A stretch of DNA of 64,000 nt from NCBI GenBank assembly GCA_016716565.1, contig JADJWC010000002.1, positions 109,858-173,857 of the forward strand, written 5' to 3'. A model generated the notes under the pieces. It was not told where the DNA came from and made no database searches. It was given only the letters and a program-made list of their open reading frames with translations. The position numbers and the translations under genes are program-made. Position 1 is the first letter of the stretch. Every line of letters begins with the position of its first letter. This document shows positions 9,478 to 18,360 of this stretch, piece by piece. Source of the DNA: a bacterium (GTDB lineage Bacteria; Bacteroidota; Ignavibacteria; Ignavibacteriales; Ignavibacteriaceae).

Positions 9478-12400
9478 TTATTTCATCAGGATCATCTTCT
9501 TTGAATCGACAAAGTCTCCAGCGTTGATTTTATATATGTACACTCCCGATGCAATTGTTGAAGCATCGAAGCTGACCTCATAATTTCCTGCTGGTTTATC
9601 TTCATTTACTAACTTTTTAACTTCTCGCCCCAGCACATCGTAAACTGTAATATTTACAAAATTATTTTGTGCAATTGAATACTTTATTCTTGTTACAGGG
9701 TTGAAAGGATTTGGATAGTTCTGCTGTAGTGAAAATTCAATAGGTGCATTGTCACCGCTTACCATAAATTTGGTAATATTTGGATTATCTATAACAGTAT
9801 TTTCACCAGGCTTAAGTTTCGTATTAATCACTTTCCCGCTCTCATCCATCAGTTTGATATCAATTTCTTCTACACTTACTGTAACCGGATAGACTACGCC
9901 ACTCATTTCAATAGTCTGGATTGCACTGTTTATATCTTCTGCTATTCTTCCACTTGAGAACCTGAGATCATACATTCCAGATGGTGGTGCTGGAGGTAGT
10001 TCGTAATGATTTAAATCAACCTGGCCTTTTACTGAGTATAATGTGTAGCTTACTCCGGCTGCATCTGTAATTATGATTCTTCCCCAATCTTCCGGGAACC
10101 ATTCTACTGATTCTGTACCTTTAGCCAAGGCTTCAGGTATTATTATCTGACCTGCACCACTGAGCTTTATCCAGTATCCATAGCCAGGATCTATTGATGT
10201 TGCTGTCAAATATCCACCTGAATACTTGTATATCGGTCCAGTCTGAAGTCCTGGTGGATTAGTAGTTATTAGTGATGCTGTTGCAGAGATTTCATATCCT
10301 CCAAATAAATTCCAGCCTGCACTTGCATTTATTGGATCGTGAGGTACTATCTGTATTCCTTCTATCGGCCATTCATCTCCGCTATTGTACGTTCTGGCTC
10401 CAGTATGCTTCATCCAATATCCGATTCCAGGGACTGCATCGGTAACGGGCAGATATCCTCCTGCATACTTAAATACATTAGCACTTTGATCTCTATATGC
10501 CCACCAGGTATTTACATTTTGATCTGGTGAGTTTAATCCAGGTATTGAAACGATGTTCCAACCATTGCTTATGTTTACTGATAATTGAAATGTTGTTGGT
10601 CGTTCATATTTAATATAAAGTGAAGTGATGGATGGATCTGTTATTGTATAACTGCTTTGATTTCTCATATCCACATTAATAATATTTCCATTTATTACAT
10701 CCGTTAATAGAAAAGTGCCTGAGGGAAATCCTAGAGTATCCCAAATGAATGTCATTGGATAACCAGAAGGGCCTGGTTGAAATGCCAGTGTCCATGTTAC
10801 TTCTGTTTCTGTGCTGTCTCTTATATCAATTAAAGAACTTACTTCAGGAACTGTTGGTAAAATAAATCTCGCATCAAAAGTACCAACAGGTGGTACGGGC
10901 GGTAAAATTTGTTCTCCAAAAGTTGTATCTATTCCATTTGTAGCAGTAGGTCTTTGCCCAAATTGTAACTCAATTTCTGAATCAGTTCCACCCACATCCC
11001 TCAGTGCTATTGGTATTACGTAATCTCCTATAATTGCCGGTGGCCTTACTTCAACTGTTAAAGTACATTCGACTGCTGCTGCATAATCATCTACTATAGT
11101 AAATACTATTTCGTGAAAACCAATATTTGCTGGAGTCGGAGTCCATGAGAATTCACTGCTTACAGGATTTCCGGTGATAGGCAGTGGAGGATTCATTGAT
11201 GAAAGAAATGGTAAGCCGCTTACGTCAAGCACAACAAAATCTCCCGGGTCAGGGTCTCCTGCCTGGACTGTAAATGTAATTGGAGTTCCTGCTATAACAG
11301 GTAATATCTCTCCACAAGCTGGTGTTTCTCCATAGAATATCGGTATTGTATTAGAAACTGCATCTCTATATAAAACTAAATTAGGATGATGCTCTCCGCT
11401 AGCTTGAAAGAAATCTCCACCAAGATACAAGTCTGTTCCAACCCTGGTAATTGCTTTAACATAACTACCGTTGAAATCAAGATCCCAGTCTGGATCAACA
11501 TTACCAGTAGTATTATTCAATTTTGCAACCTTGTTTATTGAGCCGCCACCAATTGTTGAAAAATTTCCACCGACATAAACATAGTTCCCAGCACTAAGAA
11601 TGCTTTTGACATCACTGTTTGACCCTGGAGTCCAGTCAGCATCGAGTTCAGAACCAGTTTCATCTACCTCTAACTTTGCAAGACGGTTTCTGGTTTCACT
11701 TTCAATAGTTGTAAAAACTCCACCAACATAAATATGATCTTCACTATTGGCTATAGTGTTAACTGTTCCATTTGCATCAGCTTTCCAGCCTGTTACAACT
11801 TCTCCATCAGAATTTAATTTTGCTAAACGTTGTCTTGTAGTTGGAGTTATACCGATTGATGTAAAACTTCCACCTACATAAATATAGTCTCCTCTTACTG
11901 CAATTGTCTGAACAGTATTATTTGGATTTGGCTTCCAGGTAGAATTAATATCCCCAGTAGAAATGTCAAACTTCGCAAGACGGTCAATATCCGAATAGCC
12001 TCCTATTGAGGTAAATGCACCGCCAACAAACATATCATTTCCACTTATAGCCATTGTGTAAACTGTACCTCCGGTTGGGTTTGGATTCCAGGATAGAGCT
12101 GCACCGGTTGTAGGATCTAACTGGGCAAGTACCCTCCTTGGCTCACCACCTACTGTTGTAAAACCACCACAGATATAAATGTCACTTCCATTCAATACTA
12201 TTCCTTCAATCTGATAATCAGTATCAGGATCCCAGGTTTCATCTAAAGTACCACCATGTGCACCACCAAGTCTAAATAATCTAGCAATATTATTTCTTGG
12301 TTCACCGCCAATTGTTACAAAACTTCCACCAGCATATATGTTATCTGCATCTGCAGCAATCTCTTTGACTTCTCCGCTTGCATTAGGATTCCAGTCTAGA

Positions 12401-13524
12401 TCTAAGTCCACAGTACTAGTAATATTGAATTTTGCGATTCTATATCTTGAATAGCTACCAACTGTTTTAAACAATCCACCTGCATAAAGACTAGACCCAC
12501 CAATTGCGATCGTTATGACTGAAGCATCTATATTCGGATTCCAGCCATCAGCCTCTCCTTCCACATTTATTCTGGCTAAACGATTCCTAGTTGTTGGAGT
12601 TTCGCCGATTGTCGTAAAATCTCCACCAACATAAACAAAGCTTTCATGAACTGCTATTGAATGAATCTTGCCACCTTGACCCGGGTTCCAATCCGGATCA
12701 ACACTACCGGCGGTATTGTTCAACTTGGCAATACAATTTCTAGATACGCCACCAATTGTAGAAAAATTTCCACCGACATAAACATCATCATCATCATCAC
12801 TTATTGCAATTGTATAGACAGCATTATTCGCACTTGGATCCCAGGAATCAAGAAATCCGCTACTATTGAATTTTGCAAGACCGCTTCTTGTGTATGGAGT
12901 TCCGTCCACTGTTATTGTCCAAAAGCCTCCACCAACATAAACTTCTCCAGTACTTGAAACTTCAATTGTATAAACAATTTGGTTTGCACTCGGACTCCAG
13001 GTTGGATCCAAATTACCGGTTGTTAAATCAAATTTTGCTAGACGGATTCGTGAAGTACTGCCGATAGAAGTAAATTGACCACCTATGTAAATATTATTCC
13101 CGCTAACTGCAATTGCTTCTACTGTAAGGCTAGGATCTGGATTCCAGGGATGAACTGTTCCATCAGCATTTATTCGTGCTAAGTTCTTTCTCGCAAAAGT
13201 CTCTCCATCTTTATACAACTCGTTAAAACCTCCACCAATTAACCATCCACCAGAACCATCAGGTTCAACACAATGGATGAATCCGTTTACTTTTGGAAAC
13301 GTTAAATTCGGAAAGTCTGAAGCTGCTGTAAGATTAGCACCATAGCCGGTATTTGGACCTACAACTCCAAATCCTCCTCCAATATAAATGTATTCCTCGC
13401 TTACAGCCATTGATTTTACAATTCCATCTGCAATCCACAAATCCGGATCCGGTTCATAAGGTTGTGCAAATACAACCGATGTTAAAGCAGCAAAAAAAAC
13501 TGCGATTGAAATAAATGTTTTCAT
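9478..13524 (-). CDS. T9SS-sorted giant secreted protein with ~14 tandem ~52-aa beta-propeller-type repeats (delta-60/SBBP-like, core VYVGGxFTTIGG)
   Basis: Signal peptide. Repeated motif IYIGGQFTSIGxxxRxxLAKL...DPxW. C-terminal T9SS domain QNYPNPFNPVTRIKYS...MILMK. Confidence 0.7.
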   Translation of the reverse strand: MKTFISIAVFFAALTSVVFAQPYEPDPDLWIADGIVKSMAVSEEYIYIGGGFGVVGPNTGYGANLTAASDFPNLTFPKVNGFIHCVEPDGSGGWLIGGGFNELYKDGETFARKNLARINADGTVHPWNPDPSLTVEAIAVSGNNIYIGGQFTSIGSTSRIRLAKFDLTTGNLDPTWSPSANQIVYTIEVSSTGEVYVGGGFWTITVDGTPYTRSGLAKFNSSGFLDSWDPSANNAVYTIAISDDDDDVYVGGNFSTIGGVSRNCIAKLNNTAGSVDPDWNPGQGGKIHSIAVHESFVYVGGDFTTIGETPTTRNRLARINVEGEADGWNPNIDASVITIAIGGSSLYAGGLFKTVGSYSRYRIAKFNITSTVDLDLDWNPNASGEVKEIAADADNIYAGGSFVTIGGEPRNNIARLFRLGGAHGGTLDETWDPDTDYQIEGIVLNGSDIYICGGFTTVGGEPRRVLAQLDPTTGAALSWNPNPTGGTVYTMAISGNDMFVGGAFTSIGGYSDIDRLAKFDISTGDINSTWKPNPNNTVQTIAVRGDYIYVGGSFTSIGITPTTRQRLAKLNSDGEVVTGWKADANGTVNTIANSEDHIYVGGVFTTIESETRNRLAKLEVDETGSELDADWTPGSNSDVKSILSAGNYVYVGGNFSTIGGGSINKVAKLNNTTGNVDPDWDLDFNGSYVKAITRVGTDLYLGGDFFQASGEHHPNLVLYRDAVSNTIPIFYGETPACGEILPVIAGTPITFTVQAGDPDPGDFVVLDVSGLPFLSSMNPPLPITGNPVSSEFSWTPTPANIGFHEIVFTIVDDYAAAVECTLTVEVRPPAIIGDYVIPIALRDVGGTDSEIELQFGQRPTATNGIDTTFGEQILPPVPPVGTFDARFILPTVPEVSSLIDIRDSTETEVTWTLAFQPGPSGYPMTFIWDTLGFPSGTFLLTDVINGNIINVDMRNQSSYTITDPSITSLYIKYERPTTFQLSVNISNGWNIVSIPGLNSPDQNVNTWWAYRDQSANVFKYAGGYLPVTDAVPGIGYWMKHTGARTYNSGDEWPIEGIQIVPHDPINASAGWNLFGGYEISATASLITTNPPGLQTGPIYKYSGGYLTATSIDPGYGYWIKLSGAGQIIIPEALAKGTESVEWFPEDWGRIIITDAAGVSYTLYSVKGQVDLNHYELPPAPPSGMYDLRFSSGRIAEDINSAIQTIEMSGVVYPVTVSVEEIDIKLMDESGKVINTKLKPGENTVIDNPNITKFMVSGDNAPIEFSLQQNYPNPFNPVTRIKYSIAQNNFVNITVYDVLGREVKKLVNEDKPAGNYEVSFDASTIASGVYIYKINAGDFVDSKKMILMK

Positions 13525-13946
13525 ATAACCTCCATTTAGTGATTAAATAAAATATTTGGTTAAAATTTTTACTTCTGGATCAGAAAGAGTTTGCGCACCT
13601 CCTTTCCCTGGTTTGATCCCTACGAATTATTGAGTGCGAAAATAGATTTTAATGGAGGGGTCTGCTGTTGTTATTGTAACAATCTCAGGCGTTTTTGTAA
13701 CAAAAAGGAAATTATTTGAAGGAAATAGATAGAAATGCACGGTAGTCGCAACCTTCAGGTTGCGCTTGTTGGTCAATCTCGAAGGCTGGGGACTACGGTG
13801 AAGGGATTACGCTAATTATATTTTCATTGCTCTCAGCTAAAACCCAGTTCAAGCCCGGCTTTTTCTATCCCCGATCTACCCGTCTCACCTCGGTGAGCCG
13901 AGGTGGAAAGATCGGGGCTAATATTTTTTAATTAAATTTTAGGGGT

Positions 13947-13976
13947 TGCAAAAATTGCCCCGACTTTCAAGTCGGG
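13947..13976 (-). terminator. rho-independent terminator downstream of the HTCS gene
   Basis: Minus-strand hairpin ccccgacttgaaagtcgggg followed by caattttt. Confidence 0.4.
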
Positions 13977-14202
13977 GAAAACTATCAAAACCACTAGCAA
14001 TTTGGCTTTAGCCTAATTCCTCAGGCTACAATATTGTAGCCCTAGACTTCAGATTGTGTTAAGATCGTTTTATGTTTACCTCAAAAGGTTCTCTCGATAC
14101 ATTTCATTACTCGAGAACCTTTTGTTCTACCTGGTTTTCGAGCTTGCCTGCTGCAAGCAGGTTTTTTCTGATGCAATCAGAAAAATTATCGAGAAAACAT
14201 TT

Positions 14203-17200
14203 CTATTTAGCGTATTCGGAAGGGCTGACATTAAAATACTTTGTGAATGCTTTGCTGAAATGTGACGGGCTGTTGTAACCGACTTCGTATGCAACCTGGG
14301 TCACGGATAATCTTTTCTCAATTAGCATCTCGGCTGCACGTTTTAACCTGTAAGCTCGTATAAATTCACCCGGCGCCTGCCCTGTTATAGCCTGTATTTT
14401 TCTGTGAAGCTGCATACGGCTTACAAATAATTCTTTTGCAAATTGTTCAGTATCGTATTCAACATCATCGAGATGTTTTTCAATAATGTCGTATGCTTTT
14501 TTAAGAAACTCATCATCAAGAGGATTTGTTGTTACTCTTTCCGGTCGTGGATGAATATCCTTACCGAATTTTTCTTTTAGTCTCCTCCTTTGCTCGATAA
14601 GATTTTTAATTCGTGTAAGAAGCTCTTTTGCATCAAATGGTTTTATAAGGTAATCATCAGCGCCGGTTTCAAGCCCTTCTATTTTATTATCGTGTGATGC
14701 TTTAGCAGTTAGAAGGATAACAGGTATATGTGAAGTGAGAAATTCTGTTTTAATTATTCTGCAGAATTCTATCCCATCCATTTCTGGCATCATTACATCA
14801 CTCACTATCAGATCAGGCATAATTTCTTTTGCTTTCTCAAGTCCCTGCTGACCGTTAACAGCTTCTTCAACTTTATAATGGCTATTGAGAACGTCTTTAA
14901 TGTATTCACGCACATCACGGTTATCTTCAACAAGCAGAATCAGATTTTTATTTTCTCTTAGGTCGTTACCAATATCTCCAGTTACCAACTCAGTTTTCTT
15001 CGTAAATACAGATTCATCAATGTAAATATTTTCGAGTTCCTGAACAGAGCTCTCAACTATTTCATCATCTTTCAGATGATTTCTTCCCAACGGAAATTCA
15101 ACAATAAACTCACTGCCGCTTGTCCCGACTTTGTCGGGATCGCCGACTTTACTATTCACACGAATACTTCCGTTGTGCAATTCGATGAGTTCCTTAATTA
15201 AAGCGAGACCTAATCCTGAACCTTCATATTCTCTTGTCTGTGAACTGTCAACCTGGTAAAACCTGTCAAACAGTTTCGGCAGTTCATCTTCGGATATTCC
15301 AATGCCGGTGTCACGAACAGAAATACAAATAAATTCTGTTACCTTTGTTTGACCCACCCCTCGCCCCTCCAATGGAGGGGATAACGATCTTTTTGAAGTC
15401 CCCTCCTCCGGAGGGGATTTAGGGGTGGGTGAATAGATACCCACCGTTATACTCCCACCTTCAGGCGTAAACTTGAATGCATTCGAAAGAAGGTTAGTGA
15501 GAATTTTTATCATCATTTCTTTGTCGAAGTAAAGCTCAATGGTATCTTGTTCCGATTCTATCTTAAGATTAATGTCTTTCCGCTCTGCAAGAGATTCAAA
15601 AGACATTACAATTCCTTTTACAAAAGGAACGATATTACTCTTCGATGCTTTAATTTTCAGCTTGCCTGCTTCCAGTCTGGAAAGATCAAGAAGCTGGTTT
15701 ATAAGATTCATCAGGCGGTGAGCATTTCTCCTGATAATTCCCGTAAGCTTTTCAATTTCATCTGCCGGAGTATCGGAAGTTAGTTTATCAATCGGACCAA
15801 GAATCAAAGTAAGCGGTGTTCTGAACTCGTGAGAAATATTTGCAAAGAAACGTGATTTCATTTTATCTGTTTCTTCTCTTTCCTGCAATTTCACTTCATC
15901 AAGCTTAACCTGGTTTTTTAATCTTAGTCGGTTCATTTCGTATCGTCTCACTGCATAAAAAATGCTTAGCACGAATAAAATGTAAAACGTGTATGCCCAC
16001 CATGTTGCCCAAAAAGGCGGCGAAATTATAATCTTAATTGATGCACCATCTTCATTCCAGACACCATCGAGATTACAGGCCTTAACTTTGAAAACATATT
16101 CGCCTGCATCAAGATTTGTATAAGTTGCATTTCTTTGAGTTCCTGCATCAATCCATTCTTCTTCATATCCTTCCAACTTGTACATATACTTGTTTCTTGA
16201 AGGATCTGCATAATGCAATCCTACATAATCAAATCGAAGATCGTTTTCATCATAAGAAAGATTTAATTCTTTAACGTTCGTTATCAATCCATCATACTCC
16301 AATTTTTCATCAGGTCTGTTAAAGAGAGACACATTGCTGATGACAACTTGCGGAGGAACCGGATCGTCTTTTATATTATCTGGATGAAACAGAATAAATC
16401 CATCAGCAGTACCAAACAACATTTCTCCATTTGAATTTTTAAAAGCACTATTGACTGCAAACCTATCGCCTTCAAAATTTTCTGAGGTCGTGTAGTTTTT
16501 TACAGTATGCGTAGAGGTATTCAACATTGATAATCCGTAATCTGTACCAATCCATAAATTGCCGTTGTTATCTTCTAATATCGACCTAACCAAATTATTA
16601 CCTAGCTTAATGGTAGAAATAAAGGATTCTGAATCTCTGTCAAATAAAGCAATACCTTGATTATAAGTCCCGACCCAGAGATTTCCACACTGATCTTCAT
16701 AAATTGCAAGTACAACAAGTTCATTACCATTAGCAAACCTAAATGATTTAAATGAATTAGTGGATGGATCAAATTTATTGAGCCCTGCATTACCTTGACT
16801 TGCGACCCAAATAAAACCATCACGAGCACGAATAATACCTTCCACTCTGTTATCACCAATACCTTGCTTATCATTTTCATCTGGAAGATATTTCAGGAAT
16901 TTACCTGTTTTCTTATTGAATTTATTTATACCGCCACCACGTGTTGTAATCCAGAGGATATCATCACCATCTGGCAACATACTACGAATTATGTTATTAC
17001 TGATTGATTCAGGATTATCAGGATTATTTGAATAGAATTTCAACTTATTACTTGCCAGATCAAATCTTACTATTCCCCTATAAGATGTACCAAGCCAGAA
17101 AACTCCAGATTTCTCTCTACAAATAAACGTTACTGTATTATCATACTTATTATTATCAAATTTGAAATTCTTAAATTCACCTGATTTTCTATTAAAACTA

Positions 17201-17979
17201 TTGAGGCCGAGCTTAGTGCCAAACCATATTGTCCTTGTTGAGTCTTCGATAATACACTTAACTACTTTGGAATCTTTATCAGCACTTTTATTAATAGCTC
17301 GATTAAAACGTTTAAACTTAAATTTATTCCCATCCCATTTATTCAATCCACTGAAATAAGAACCGATCCAAATTATCCCGGTTTTATCTTTGAAAATTGA
17401 TTGTAATAAATTGGGGTTACTAATACTAAACTGATATTCCGGATGATATTCAATGAGTTTAAAATTCTCACTAGCTGGATCAAAAATCACAAGACCGGAG
17501 TACTCTATAGATCCAAATATTAACCAGAGAAATCCATGATCGTCTTCGACCATTTTCCGAACATAATTATCATTTCTATAATTTATTGAGGGAGTTAGTT
17601 GATAGTGTTTAGAATTTAAACTTCGCAAGTCTAATTTTGTTACTCCCAATGAATGTCCAATCCATAATATTCCATCTCTTGCTTGGAGAAAAGAATTGAT
17701 TGTACCAATGGATGAAATCAGATTATTAATACGATCATCTTCTGTAAGGAGTTCTTTCTCCTTATCATAAATTAATATCCTGTTTTCAGTACCTACGTAA
17801 ATATTTCCCGATAACTTATCATAGGAAATAGAACTAACCCCTTTCGAAAGAACAGATTTATTATAATAAATACGACTGAATTTTTCCTTAACTATATTAA
17901 ATAAGTATAAACCACTATTAGCTCCAATTAAAAAATTGCCATCTTTTACCTGAAGTATACAATTTACCCAGTTTGGCAC
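14203..17979 (-). CDS. hybrid two-component system sensor histidine kinase/response regulator with AraC-type HTH (Bacteroidetes HTCS); N-terminal 64 codons are in another frame (see 17994-18188)
   Basis: Y_Y_Y/two-component-regulator propeller repeats. HisKA H-box HEFRTPLT. HATPase_c. REC (LLVEDN...DLIVSDVMMP). C-terminal AraC HTH. Carries an 80-bp repeat insertion at 15352-15431. Confidence 0.85.
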   Translation of the reverse strand: MPNWVNCILQVKDGNFLIGANSGLYLFNIVKEKFSRIYYNKSVLSKGVSSISYDKLSGNIYVGTENRILIYDKEKELLTEDDRINNLISSIGTINSFLQARDGILWIGHSLGVTKLDLRSLNSKHYQLTPSINYRNDNYVRKMVEDDHGFLWLIFGSIEYSGLVIFDPASENFKLIEYHPEYQFSISNPNLLQSIFKDKTGIIWIGSYFSGLNKWDGNKFKFKRFNRAINKSADKDSKVVKCIIEDSTRTIWFGTKLGLNSFNRKSGEFKNFKFDNNKYDNTVTFICREKSGVFWLGTSYRGIVRFDLASNKLKFYSNNPDNPESISNNIIRSMLPDGDDILWITTRGGGINKFNKKTGKFLKYLPDENDKQGIGDNRVEGIIRARDGFIWVASQGNAGLNKFDPSTNSFKSFRFANGNELVVLAIYEDQCGNLWVGTYNQGIALFDRDSESFISTIKLGNNLVRSILEDNNGNLWIGTDYGLSMLNTSTHTVKNYTTSENFEGDRFAVNSAFKNSNGEMLFGTADGFILFHPDNIKDDPVPPQVVISNVSLFNRPDEKLEYDGLITNVKELNLSYDENDLRFDYVGLHYADPSRNKYMYKLEGYEEEWIDAGTQRNATYTNLDAGEYVFKVKACNLDGVWNEDGASIKIIISPPFWATWWAYTFYILFVLSIFYAVRRYEMNRLRLKNQVKLDEVKLQEREETDKMKSRFFANISHEFRTPLTLILGPIDKLTSDTPADEIEKLTGIIRRNAHRLMNLINQLLDLSRLEAGKLKIKASKSNIVPFVKGIVMSFESLAERKDINLKIESEQDTIELYFDKEMMIKILTNLLSNAFKFTPEGGSITVGIYSPTPKSPPEEGTSKRSLSPPLEGRGVGQTKVTEFICISVRDTGIGISEDELPKLFDRFYQVDSSQTREYEGSGLGLALIKELIELHNGSIRVNSKVGDPDKVGTSGSEFIVEFPLGRNHLKDDEIVESSVQELENIYIDESVFTKKTELVTGDIGNDLRENKNLILLVEDNRDVREYIKDVLNSHYKVEEAVNGQQGLEKAKEIMPDLIVSDVMMPEMDGIEFCRIIKTEFLTSHIPVILLTAKASHDNKIEGLETGADDYLIKPFDAKELLTRIKNLIEQRRRLKEKFGKDIHPRPERVTTNPLDDEFLKKAYDIIEKHLDDVEYDTEQFAKELFVSRMQLHRKIQAITGQAPGEFIRAYRLKRAAEMLIEKRLSVTQVAYEVGYNSPSHFSKAFTKYFNVSPSEYAK
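15352..15431. repeat. GC-rich nested palindromic repeat inserted in-frame inside the HTCS HATPase domain
   Basis: cccacccct cgcccctccaatggagggg ... cccctcctccggagggg ... aggggtggg. It encodes the extra loop SPTPKSPPEEGTSKRSLSPPLEGRGVGQTKVT between GGSITVGIY and EFICISVRDTGIGI. Related to the repeats at 55137, 55657 and 57754. Confidence 0.6.
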
Positions 17980-17993
17980 TACACTAGATGTGT

Positions 17994-18188
17994 CTATAGA
18001 TAACCAAGATGATCCTGGAAAATTGACAACACAGTATTTTCAGGTAATCCGTCAGCTAATGTAAAGTGTTCAAAGATTGGTTCCGGCCAGTTTGTGTCCG
18101 CATAATTCCCCTGCGAATGAATTGTGAAATTCACCAGTAAGATAAAAAGAGAAGCCAGTCTTCCAACAGAAATAATAATTGAATTCAA
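17994..18188 (-). other. out-of-frame N-terminal segment of the HTCS (signal peptide + first propeller motif). The frame junction lies near 17990-18000.
   Basis: MNSIIISVGRLASLFILLVNF...FTLADGLPENTVLSIFQDHLGYL* is a typical HTCS N-terminus. The downstream ORF continues as WLSIDTSS... in the -1 frame. Confidence 0.75.
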
Positions 18189-18360
18189 GTGTTACAACCA
18201 GCGCAATTGAATTTGTTAATTTAATTGAAGGAGTAAAATTCTATCATGAATATAGGAAGGAAAAACTGCAAGGCGCAACTTTTGTTAACAATGACAACTG
18301 TTTATTCGGGCATATTTCAGAATTGAATATTGATTGACATTATTTTTTCGGACTTCTCTA

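Noticed and set aside
14056-14278. Two overlapping small plus-strand ORFs (69 and 68 aa)
   Set aside because: They lie antisense to the AraC C-terminus of the HTCS and partly in its terminator region. They are typical shadow ORFs.
494-17359. Numerous 60-140-aa ORFs on the strand opposite the large genes (e.g. 494-715, 8066-8362, 10339-10530, 16602-16880)
   Set aside because: All lie inside, and antisense to, well-supported long CDSs. They have no independent signals.
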